Below, piece after piece: positions 8,737 through 16,363 of a DNA stretch of 46,493 nucleotides. The position numbers and the translations under genes were made by a program. The DNA is from Candidatus Woesearchaeota archaeon (GTDB lineage Archaea; Nanobdellota; Nanobdellia; Pacearchaeales; GW2011-AR1). The stretch spans positions 1-46,493 of the forward strand of contig CAYRKK010000001.1 in NCBI GenBank assembly GCA_964424875.1, written 5' to 3'. The notes under the pieces were generated by a model. That model ran no database searches, was not told the DNA's origin, and worked only from the letters and a program-made list of their open reading frames with translations. How positions within the stretch are numbered: the stretch's first letter is position 1; every line of letters begins with the position of its first letter.

Positions 8737-9315
8737 TTAAGGTCTTTCCTCCTGTTTATTTAATTGAATTTGAAATTCATCTTCTTCATCTAAGAATATC
8801 TCTTCTCCACCTAAAGTTAAAATATTCTCATAATCTCCTCTTAAATCTTCCAATTCCTTAAGCGCTAAATTTTCAATTCTATTATTTCCTATTAAATATG
8901 CTTTAACAGTCATTCTATAAAGTTCTTCATTTAATTCTTTTGCTTCTTGAAAATCCCATCCTCCAACTGCTTCTCCAAACTCTTCTTTAAGTTGTTGATA
9001 AGATTCTCTAAAACTTCTTGGTTTTATTTCCTCTGATTGATTTAGTTGAGCATTTTTTAATTCCCTTAATATTTTTGCTTGTTCACCTAAATACTTTAAT
9101 TCTTCTCCAACTAATTCTTTTTCTTCTGAATCTTTTAAATCAAAATATAATTCTAAAAGTTTATCAATATATGGCCCATTTGTTCTTAATGCCTTTTCAA
9201 CATCAACAATAGTTTCCCCTATTTCTTGATAATGATTCTCTCTAACTTCAGGCAATCCCTTTATAAAATCTTCAGGCAATCTAGCTATTAATCTTTCTAA
9301 TAATTGTTTATTCAT
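8737..9315 (-). CDS. Uncharacterised Glu-rich helical protein inserted between P0 and P1
   Basis: 192-codon ORF in AT-rich DNA. Its ATG overlaps the P0 stop (ATGAATAA), and its TAA lies 1 nt before the P1 ATG. Confidence 0.6.
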   Translation of the reverse strand: MNKQLLERLIARLPEDFIKGLPEVRENHYQEIGETIVDVEKALRTNGPYIDKLLELYFDLKDSEEKELVGEELKYLGEQAKILRELKNAQLNQSEEIKPRSFRESYQQLKEEFGEAVGGWDFQEAKELNEELYRMTVKAYLIGNNRIENLALKELEDLRGDYENILTLGGEEIFLDEEDEFQIQLNKQEERP

Positions 9316-10180
9316 CTTTCTCTGCCTCCTTATTTTCTTCTTTAACTTCAACAGGTTTTTCTTCATCACTCCCTTTTTCTTTCTCCTCAACTTTTCCATC
9401 CTCTTTAATTTCTTCACTCTTCTCTAAATTTCTTAATGCTTCACCTTCTAAATTCGCCTTACTTAATAAATATCCAATTGTATCTTTACAATAATAAACA
9501 ATCTTTTGAGAAAATCCAAGTGCCTTAGAACTAGCAATCTTCAATTTTTCTACAACACTTCCTGTATCAACATTAATCTCTGCATAGATTTTCTCATCTT
9601 TAATATCATAAATAACTAAGGGTTTCAATCCAATATTAAATGGTTGAATATTCAATTTTTGTAACAAAGAAGCAACATTACTATTAATCCCCTGCCCTTT
9701 ATTTACAACAACTTTTGAAACTTTAATTGAAATTTTTCCTTCTTCAACAGCAATCTTGATTCCTAAAGAACCTAATTCACTAATAGCAGGCCCTGGGACT
9801 AAATCAGTCGGTCCAGCTTTAATCTCAATATCATCAGTAGCTATTTGTCCTGCTTTTGCAAAAACAGGAGTTTTTTTCTTAGATAAAATTCCTGCTAATT
9901 CAAAACCTTCTATATCTGAAATTACAAATGCATAATCAGATTTAATATATTTCTCCAAACTCAAAACAGAATCTTTTTCTAATTTTTTAATTACCCTTAA
10001 CATAATATTTTTCTTTGCTATTTTAATTAAAGCAAGTTTCCTGACTGATTTTTTAATTTCATTAAATTGTTTTGAAGGTAAACTCTTGATTGAAACTATC
10101 ATTAAAGTTCTAGCATTTTTTATTTTCTCAGCTAATTCTTGAACTTGCTTTTGTTTTAAATTAATTGAGTCTGATACCAT
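9308..10180 (-). CDS. rpl10: Ribosomal protein uL10 (P0)
   Basis: The N-terminal L10 domain and its position between L1 and P1. The C-terminus is a Lys/Glu-rich tail ending KEAEKDE. Confidence 0.9.
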   Translation of the reverse strand: MVSDSINLKQKQVQELAEKIKNARTLMIVSIKSLPSKQFNEIKKSVRKLALIKIAKKNIMLRVIKKLEKDSVLSLEKYIKSDYAFVISDIEGFELAGILSKKKTPVFAKAGQIATDDIEIKAGPTDLVPGPAISELGSLGIKIAVEEGKISIKVSKVVVNKGQGINSNVASLLQKLNIQPFNIGLKPLVIYDIKDEKIYAEINVDTGSVVEKLKIASSKALGFSQKIVYYCKDTIGYLLSKANLEGEALRNLEKSEEIKEDGKVEEKEKGSDEEKPVEVKEENKEAEKDE

Positions 10181-10189
10181 TTTATCTTC

Positions 10190-10831
10190 TTATAAATCCA
10201 CTTTCACAACTTCACCCATTGTAAATTTAATTTTAATATTTCTAATATTATCTTTTTTTCTTGGAAGAGTTTCTAAAATTTTATTATAAACAACTAAAGC
10301 ATTTTCTACAACAGCTTCATCAATTAAGGATTCTTTTCCAACTCCAATTTTAATACTTGGTTCCTTAACCATAATTCTTACACTCAAATTAATTTTTTTA
10401 ATAAGTTCTTGAATTATTTTTTCATCTTCATTAGGTAAAACACCTAATTGAGGAGAAGGCATCTTGCCAGCAGGACCTAAAATTCTACCAAATGAAGTAG
10501 CAATAGCAGGCATTAATTTTGCATTTGCAATAAAAGAATCATATTTCTTAACTAATTTTTTAATATCTTTTTTTTCTTTATATTTTCCAAAATCATCTTT
10601 TTTAATTACATCAATTAACTTTGAATCTTTTTCAAAAAATCCTGCAACTTTCTTATCTTTAATCTTGTTTGGAAGCTCAACAAATAAATTAAAAGCTTCT
10701 TTTCTAACATCAAAATCTTTTAGATTTATAATTAAGTCCACTGTTTGATCAAATTTCCTTTCCTTCCTTTCCTTATTTTCAATCTCTCTAAGTTTTTTCA
10801 CAGCTTTGAGAAATTTTTCTTCTTCTGCCAT
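10190..10831 (-). CDS. rpl1: Ribosomal protein uL1
   Basis: Typical L1 length and sequence (FDQTVDLIINLK, GRILGPAGKMPSP), directly upstream of P0. Confidence 0.9.
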   Translation of the reverse strand: MAEEEKFLKAVKKLREIENKERKERKFDQTVDLIINLKDFDVRKEAFNLFVELPNKIKDKKVAGFFEKDSKLIDVIKKDDFGKYKEKKDIKKLVKKYDSFIANAKLMPAIATSFGRILGPAGKMPSPQLGVLPNEDEKIIQELIKKINLSVRIMVKEPSIKIGVGKESLIDEAVVENALVVYNKILETLPRKKDNIRNIKIKFTMGEVVKVDL

Positions 10832-10917
10832 TTTATTTCATAATCTCCTTAACTTACTACCTATGCACTTAAACTTCAAGAATTTTGAAGCTAAATGATG
10901 TAGTCAATAGTTAAATA

Positions 10918-10943
10918 GGGGATGGGGATGGGGTTTTTAAGGG
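10918..10943 (+). other. G-quadruplex-forming motif GGGGATGGGGATGGGGTTTTTAAGGG
   Basis: Four G-runs of at least 3 with loops of at most 7 nt, in the divergent intergenic region between rpl1 and the cytidylyltransferase-like gene. Confidence 0.5.
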
Positions 10944-11021
10944 TTTTGGTTTTTGATTTTTGAAAACAAAAATCTTCCTAACCCCAACAAAATTTAAATA
11001 TAATAAAATCCATATAAATAC

Positions 11022-11522
11022 ATGATAATTGATTTAACAAAAACAAATAACAGAGAAGAGGTTGAAAAATATCTTGCTGAATTAAAAACACAAAAAAAAG
11101 TAGTGACAGTTAGTGGTTATTTTGATCCCTTGCATCACGGACATATTGAACTTTTTAAACTTTCAAGAGCCTTGGGAAATCATTTAGTTGTTATTATTAA
11201 TAGTGATAAACAAACAACTATGAAAAAAGGTTTTGTATTTATGCCTCATGATGAAAAAGCAAAAATAATTGTAGAATTAGGATGTGTTGATGATGTTTTT
11301 ATAAGTATTGATGAAGACAGAAGCCAATGCAAAACATTGGAATTTATTAAACCTCATATTTTTGCAAATGGTGGTGATAGATTTACTTATGAAGTACCTG
11401 AAACACCTATTTGCAGACAACATGGAATACAAATAATTGATGGAGTAGGATCAAAAATACAAAGCTCTTCAAAATTAATAGAGCAATCAAAACAATTTCT
11501 TGAAGATAAAAATAATAAGTGA
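11022..11522 (+). CDS. Cytidylyltransferase-like nucleotidyltransferase (RibL/TagD/RfaE-domain-II-like)
   Basis: HxGH motif in SGYFDPLHHGHIELF and a Rossmann-like size of about 165 aa. Confidence 0.7.
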   Translation: MIIDLTKTNNREEVEKYLAELKTQKKVVTVSGYFDPLHHGHIELFKLSRALGNHLVVIINSDKQTTMKKGFVFMPHDEKAKIIVELGCVDDVFISIDEDRSQCKTLEFIKPHIFANGGDRFTYEVPETPICRQHGIQIIDGVGSKIQSSSKLIEQSKQFLEDKNNK

Positions 11523-11666
11523 CATCCCAACACATAAATGTGTGAGCTTCCTCATTATCTTTTTAAGAATACCGCTAGAACTACTCTCCAAATCTTAACC
11601 TGTGTAGTGTTAATGATACCCCATTCTTAAGAACAAGATAAATTTAAAAACTATTTATTCTTAAGA

Positions 11667-11709
11667 TTTATATAGAGAATTTTGAAAAAGTTCAAAAATC
11701 AAAATTCTC
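11667..11709 (+). promoter_or_regulatory. Putative gap promoter: TATA box plus a perfect 11-bp inverted repeat
   Basis: TTTATATA at 11667-11674 is followed directly by GAGAATTTTGA (11675-11685), 13 nt, then TCAAAATTCTC (11699-11709). The repeat spans the predicted transcription start. Confidence 0.4.
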
Positions 11710-11778
11710 TAAGAAGAACTTTGATGCGATTTCCTTCGGAAATGTCAACCATTCAAGGTTCTCTATAAAGAGGTGAAC

Positions 11779-12758
11779 ATGAAAGTTGCAATTAATGGTT
11801 TAGGAAGAATTGGAAGAACTGTTTTAAAATTGGTTTGGAAAAAGGAGTGAATATTGTTGCTGTAAATGATTTAACAGATTCCAAAACATTGGCTTATTTG
11901 ATAAAATATGATTCTGTTTATGGTGTTTATGATAAAAAAATTAAAATTAAAAACGATTTTATTGAAATTAATAATAAAAAAATAAAAATCTTAAAACAAG
12001 AAAATCCTGAAAATCTGCCTTGGAAAGATTTAGGGGTTGATGTGGTTGTTGAATCAACAGGAATTTTTAAAGATAGAGAAGGTGCTGAAAAACATTTAAA
12101 AGCTGGAGCAAAAAAAGTTTTAATATCTGCTCCTGCAAAAAATCCTGATATTACAATAGTCCCTGGTGTTAATGACAATAAATTAAAAAAAGAGCATAAA
12201 ATAATTTCTCTTGCAAGTTGCACAACAAATTGTTTAGCACCTGTTATTAAAGTTCTTAATGATAGTTTTGGTGTTAAAAAAGGTTTTATGACAACTGTTC
12301 ATGCTTATACTGGTGGGCAGAATATTATTGATAGTCCTCAAAAAAAATTAAGAAGAGGAAGAGCAGGAGCTATTAACATAGTTCCAACTACTTCAGGAGC
12401 TACAACAGCTGTTGCCGAAGTTATACCTTCTTTAAAAGGGAAATTAGATGGATTAGCTCTCAGAGTTCCTGTTGCTTGTGGAAGTATTGTTGATTTTGTT
12501 GCCGAATTAAAAAAAAGTGTTACTAAAGAACAGATTAACAAAGCATTTGAAAAAGCTGCAAATAAAAAAATGAAAGAAATTTTAAAATATACCGAAGAAG
12601 AATTAGTAAGTTCTGATATTATTGGAGACTCACACTCTTCAATTGTAGATGGATTATCAACACAAGTTAATGGAAATTTAATTAAAGTTTTAGCTTGGTA
12701 TGATAATGAATATGGTTATAGTTGCAGGATGGTTGATGTGATTAAGATGGTTGGGTGA
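11779..12758 (+). pseudogene. gap: Type I glyceraldehyde-3-phosphate dehydrogenase with a -1 frame break after codon ~17-19
   Basis: The N-terminal MKVAINGLGRIGRTVLK (the NAD-binding GxGRIG) is in one frame and stops at TGA 11848-11850. The rest (EKGVNIVAVNDL ... SCTTNC ... WYDNE) is in the -1 frame from 11835. SD GAGGTGA precedes the ATG at 11779. Confidence 0.85.
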
Positions 12759-12820
12759 GTTATTCAGTTAAATTTAAAATATCTTTATTCTTATATAATA
12801 AATAAAAAGAGGTTAAGATA

Positions 12821-13744
12821 ATGTATGATATAATAATTATTGGTGCTGGACCAGCAGGAATAACTGCTGCAATATATGCAGCTAGAAGAAAGCTAAACTT
12901 CTTAGTTTTAAGTTTAGATATTGGAGGGCAAATGTCTTGGAGTTCTGATGTTGATAATTATCCTGGTCTGCCTGATTTACCAGGAGTAGATGTTGTTGAA
13001 AAATTCCAAAAACATATGAAAGATTATAATATTAAAGTAAAGCAAGAAGAAGTTATTAATGTTCAGAAAAAACTCAGGACTTTTGTTGTTAAAACAAAAA
13101 AATTCAGCTATGAAGCTAAAACAGTTTTAATTGCTTCTGGAAAAAAACCAAAAAAACTAAATGTTCCTGGAGAAGAAGAATTTTTAGGTAAAGGAGTAAA
13201 TTACTGTGCAACTTGTGATGCTCCTCTTCAAAAAAATAAAATACTTGCAGTTATTGGAGGGGGAAATTCAGCTTTAGATGCAGCTAATTTTTTAAGCAAA
13301 TATGCAAAAAAGATTTATCTTCTTGATGTAAACTCAAAATTAGGAGGAGAGCCTGTTTTAAGAGACAAGGTTTTAAAAAACAAGAAAATTACACATATAC
13401 CTGGTGTTAAAGTTCTAGAAATTATTGGAGAAAAGTTTGTTAATAGTCTGAAGTACATTCAAAATAATCAAAACAAAATTTTAAAACTAGAAGGAGTTTT
13501 TATTGAGGTCGGATTAGTTTCTAAAGCTGATTTTATTAAATTAGTTAAAAAAAATAAATGGGGAGAAATAATGATTTTCAGAAGTACCAAATCACATGAA
13601 GAAAATCTCACAAGTGTTCCAGGAATTTTTGCAGCAGGGGATATTACAGATATTCCTGCAAAACAAATAGCTGCCGCAGTTGGAGAAGGTTGTAAAGCAG
13701 CTTTAGCTATTTTTGATTATTTAAATAAATATAAACTTTCTTAG
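12821..13744 (+). CDS. trxB: Thioredoxin reductase
   Basis: FAD motif IIIIGAGPAGITAA, redox-active CATC, second dinucleotide motif VIGGGNSALD, and GDITD. Confidence 0.85.
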   Translation: MYDIIIIGAGPAGITAAIYAARRKLNFLVLSLDIGGQMSWSSDVDNYPGLPDLPGVDVVEKFQKHMKDYNIKVKQEEVINVQKKLRTFVVKTKKFSYEAKTVLIASGKKPKKLNVPGEEEFLGKGVNYCATCDAPLQKNKILAVIGGGNSALDAANFLSKYAKKIYLLDVNSKLGGEPVLRDKVLKNKKITHIPGVKVLEIIGEKFVNSLKYIQNNQNKILKLEGVFIEVGLVSKADFIKLVKKNKWGEIMIFRSTKSHEENLTSVPGIFAAGDITDIPAKQIAAAVGEGCKAALAIFDYLNKYKLS

Positions 13745-13777
13745 AAAGACAAGTTTAATCAAAGAAAAAAGAAAAAA

Positions 13778-14908
13778 ATGAAAACTCTAAATGATTTTAA
13801 TTTTAAAGAAAAAACAGTTTTACTTAGAGCAGATTTAAATTCTGATGTTGTTGGAAAAAAAGTTTTAATAAGCGAAAGAATAAAAGCAAGTGTAGAAACA
13901 ATAAAAGAATTAAAAAAGAAAAAAGCTAAAATTGTTGTAATTGCTCATCAAGGAAATCCTGGAAAATCTAATTTTCTTTCTTTAAAACAACATTCTAAAC
14001 TTTTAAACAAATATACAAAAATTAAATTTGTAAAAGATATTATTGGTAAAAAAGCAGAAAAAGCAATAAAGAGTCTGAAACCAGGACAAGCTTTGCTTTT
14101 GGAAAATATTAGATTTATTAATGATGAGTTTCATCCTGAAAAAGCTCAGAAAAATAAACTAACAACCACATTATCAAAATTATGTGATGTTTATATTAAT
14201 GATGCTTTTTCTGTTTGCCATAGAAAACATACTTCTATTGTTTCATTTCCAAAATACATGAAAAGTTGTGCTGGCAGATTATTAGAAAAAGAAGTCAAAG
14301 CATTAAAAAAAATTAAAATTAAAAACTGTCTTTATATTCTTGGAGGAGCAAAACCTAAAGAAAACATAAGATTATTAAAAGGAAAAAATAAAATTCTTGC
14401 ATGTGGATTATTTGGCCAACTCTGCATTATAACAAAAGGGAAAAATCTTGGGTTTCAAAATAAATATTTAAAAGATGACTTGCCTTTAGTAAATAAACTA
14501 AAAAAGAAATTAAAAAATGTGCAAACTCCTGTTGATTTTGCTATTAAAATCAATAATAAAAGAGTTGAACTAGCTTTAGAAAAATTTCCAAGCAAATATG
14601 AAATTTATGATATCGGCAAAAAGACACAGGAAAAATATATAAAAGTAATAAGAAAAGCAAAAGCAATTTACATGAAAGGCCCTGCTGGATATTGTGCTGA
14701 TAAAAAGTTTTGCAAAGGTACAAACAAGATATTAAAAGCAATTGCAAAAAATAAAGGTTTTAGTGTTATTGGTGGAGGGCATTTAAGTGATGCTATTGAA
14801 AAATCAAAAATAAATAAAAAAAAGTTTAATCATATCAGCCTAAGTGGAGGAGCATTATTAAGATATATTGCAGGAGAAAAACTTCCTGGTTTAGAGGTGT
14901 TAAACTAA
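13778..14908 (+). CDS. pgk: Phosphoglycerate kinase (archaeal type)
   Basis: LLRADLNS, VIAHQGNPG and LLENIRF motifs, with glycolytic gene context. Confidence 0.85.
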   Translation: MKTLNDFNFKEKTVLLRADLNSDVVGKKVLISERIKASVETIKELKKKKAKIVVIAHQGNPGKSNFLSLKQHSKLLNKYTKIKFVKDIIGKKAEKAIKSLKPGQALLLENIRFINDEFHPEKAQKNKLTTTLSKLCDVYINDAFSVCHRKHTSIVSFPKYMKSCAGRLLEKEVKALKKIKIKNCLYILGGAKPKENIRLLKGKNKILACGLFGQLCIITKGKNLGFQNKYLKDDLPLVNKLKKKLKNVQTPVDFAIKINNKRVELALEKFPSKYEIYDIGKKTQEKYIKVIRKAKAIYMKGPAGYCADKKFCKGTNKILKAIAKNKGFSVIGGGHLSDAIEKSKINKKKFNHISLSGGALLRYIAGEKLPGLEVLN

Positions 14909-14979
14909 AACCCTGACAATAAATTAAAACCTTAACAATAAACTAAAATCCTAACAATAAACTAAATTCTGACAAATTA
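14904..14979. repeat. Four tandem 19-bp repeats (consensus ACTAAAAYCYTRACAATAA)
   Basis: Units at 14904-14922, 14923-14941, 14942-14960 and 14961-14979, the last degenerate. They begin within the pgk stop region and sit upstream of the pfkB-family gene. Confidence 0.8.
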
Positions 14980-15029
14980 GAAAAGCTTTTTAATAAGGAT
15001 TGTTTTATTTAATAATAAAAGAGGTAAAA

Positions 15030-15962
15030 ATGTTTGATATAATAACTTTTGGAAGCGGAGTAGTTGATGTTATAGTTGATACTGATTTGAATGAAAAAGG
15101 AAAGTTTATGTGTTATGAAGTTGGAAGCAAAATTCTTTTAAAAAATTTAAGATTTGATATTGGTGGAGGTGGAACTAATACTGCTGTGGCATTTTCAAGA
15201 TTAGGATTAAAAACAGGATGGATTGGAAATATCGGAAAGGATAATAATGGAAAAGAAATATTAAAAACCATTAAAACAGAAAAAATAAAATTCCTTGGTA
15301 AAATTAAAAAAAATGCTGTAAGCGGTTATTCAATAATCCTTGATAGCAAACAGAATAATAGAACTATTTTAACTTATAAGGGAATTAATGACCAGCTTTC
15401 TTTTAATGAAATTGAATTAAGAAAAATTAAAACTAACTGGTTATATTTTACATCTGCTTTAGAAAAAAGTTTTGAAACTCAGAAAAAGATTGCTAGACTT
15501 TTTAAAAAGAAAGGGGTAAAATTAGCATATAATCCAAGTGAGTATTTGATTAAGAGAAAAGATTTATCTGGTTTGTTAAAATTAACAGATATTTTAATAT
15601 TAAATAAACAAGAAGCAGAATTATTATTAAAAAAGAACAAGATTAAGGAAAAAGATTTGTTAAAAGGATTAAGTTATTTAGGACCAAAAATTATTGTAAT
15701 CACTGATAAAAATAAGTTGATTTCATGTTATGATAATCAGGAAGGGAAAAATAAAAAATATTATCTAAAACCAAATAAAATTAAAGTTGTTGAAAGAACA
15801 GGTGCAGGAGATGCTTTTGCTTCTGGATTTGTTGCTGGATTAATTGTTGATTGGAGCATTGAAAAATGTTTGAGACTAGGTTTAAAAGAAAGTGAAGCAG
15901 TTATAAAACATTTTGGAGCTAAAAATGAATTATTAAGGATGAGGTTGAAAAAAAATGTCTAG
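15030..15962 (+). CDS. PfkB/ribokinase-family sugar kinase
   Basis: GGGGTN motif and C-terminal TGAGDAFASGF. SD GAGGT at 15021-15025 precedes the ATG at 15030. Confidence 0.75.
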   Translation: MFDIITFGSGVVDVIVDTDLNEKGKFMCYEVGSKILLKNLRFDIGGGGTNTAVAFSRLGLKTGWIGNIGKDNNGKEILKTIKTEKIKFLGKIKKNAVSGYSIILDSKQNNRTILTYKGINDQLSFNEIELRKIKTNWLYFTSALEKSFETQKKIARLFKKKGVKLAYNPSEYLIKRKDLSGLLKLTDILILNKQEAELLLKKNKIKEKDLLKGLSYLGPKIIVITDKNKLISCYDNQEGKNKKYYLKPNKIKVVERTGAGDAFASGFVAGLIVDWSIEKCLRLGLKESEAVIKHFGAKNELLRMRLKKNV

Positions 15963-16056
15963 AAAGATTATTAATGTTTTACAAAGAATCGGAATTGCAA
16001 TAGGAATAATTGCAATTATAATATTAACAATAATAAATATGGGTAATTGGATATGA
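15955..16056 (+). CDS. Micro-ORF, 33 aa, single-pass membrane peptide
   Basis: MSRKIINVLQRIGIAIGIIAIIILTIINMGNWI. Its ATG overlaps the kinase stop, and its stop overlaps the next ATG (ATGA). Confidence 0.35.
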   Translation: MSRKIINVLQRIGIAIGIIAIIILTIINMGNWI

Positions 16057-16229
16057 AAAACTCACAAATCTTAAATATAATTGCAGCTATGATAGGTATA
16101 TCTCTTATGCTTTATTGGATTACTAGAACAAGTGGAACTGATTGTTTTACTTGGTTTGATTATACAGCAAGTTTTAGTTCATTATTTATTAATCTGGGTA
16201 TAAATATATTTGCTGCAGTAGGTAATTAA
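16053..16229 (+). CDS. Small membrane protein, 58 aa
   Basis: MKNSQILNIIAAMIGISLMLYW..., with two hydrophobic segments. It is chained to the flanking micro-ORFs. Confidence 0.45.
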   Translation: MKNSQILNIIAAMIGISLMLYWITRTSGTDCFTWFDYTASFSSLFINLGINIFAAVGN

Positions 16230-16230
16230 A

Positions 16231-16362
16231 ATGAATAAAGAAAAAACAAAAAAAGATGAATTAACTATTTTTGAAATAATTTTATTAACACTGGGTTCTT
16301 TGTTTTTATTAGGAGGTTTAGGTTTTTTGATTTATGCTTTAAAATTAAGATTTTTTGGATAA
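16231..16362 (+). CDS. Micro-ORF, 43 aa, single-pass membrane peptide
   Basis: MNKEKTKKDELTIFEIILLTLGSLFLLGGLGFLIYALKLRFFG. It starts 1 nt after the previous stop and ends 1 nt before the fba ATG. Confidence 0.35.
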   Translation: MNKEKTKKDELTIFEIILLTLGSLFLLGGLGFLIYALKLRFFG

Positions 16363-16363
16363 A

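Noticed and set aside
9316-9417. N-terminal extension of the P0-P1 orphan (MKKLKRMEKLRRKKKG...) from the ORF track
   Set aside because: This part lies in an alternative frame of the Lys/Glu-rich P0 tail. The ATG at 9315, which overlaps the P0 stop, is the more plausible start.
11927-12541. Antisense ORFs within gap (11927-12223 and 12338-12541)
   Set aside because: Shadow ORFs opposite a gene with clear GAPDH motifs.
14904-14979. Possible CRISPR array
   Set aside because: The 19-bp units are directly adjacent with no unique spacers. There are only four copies, no cas genes and no leader. It is a simple tandem repeat.
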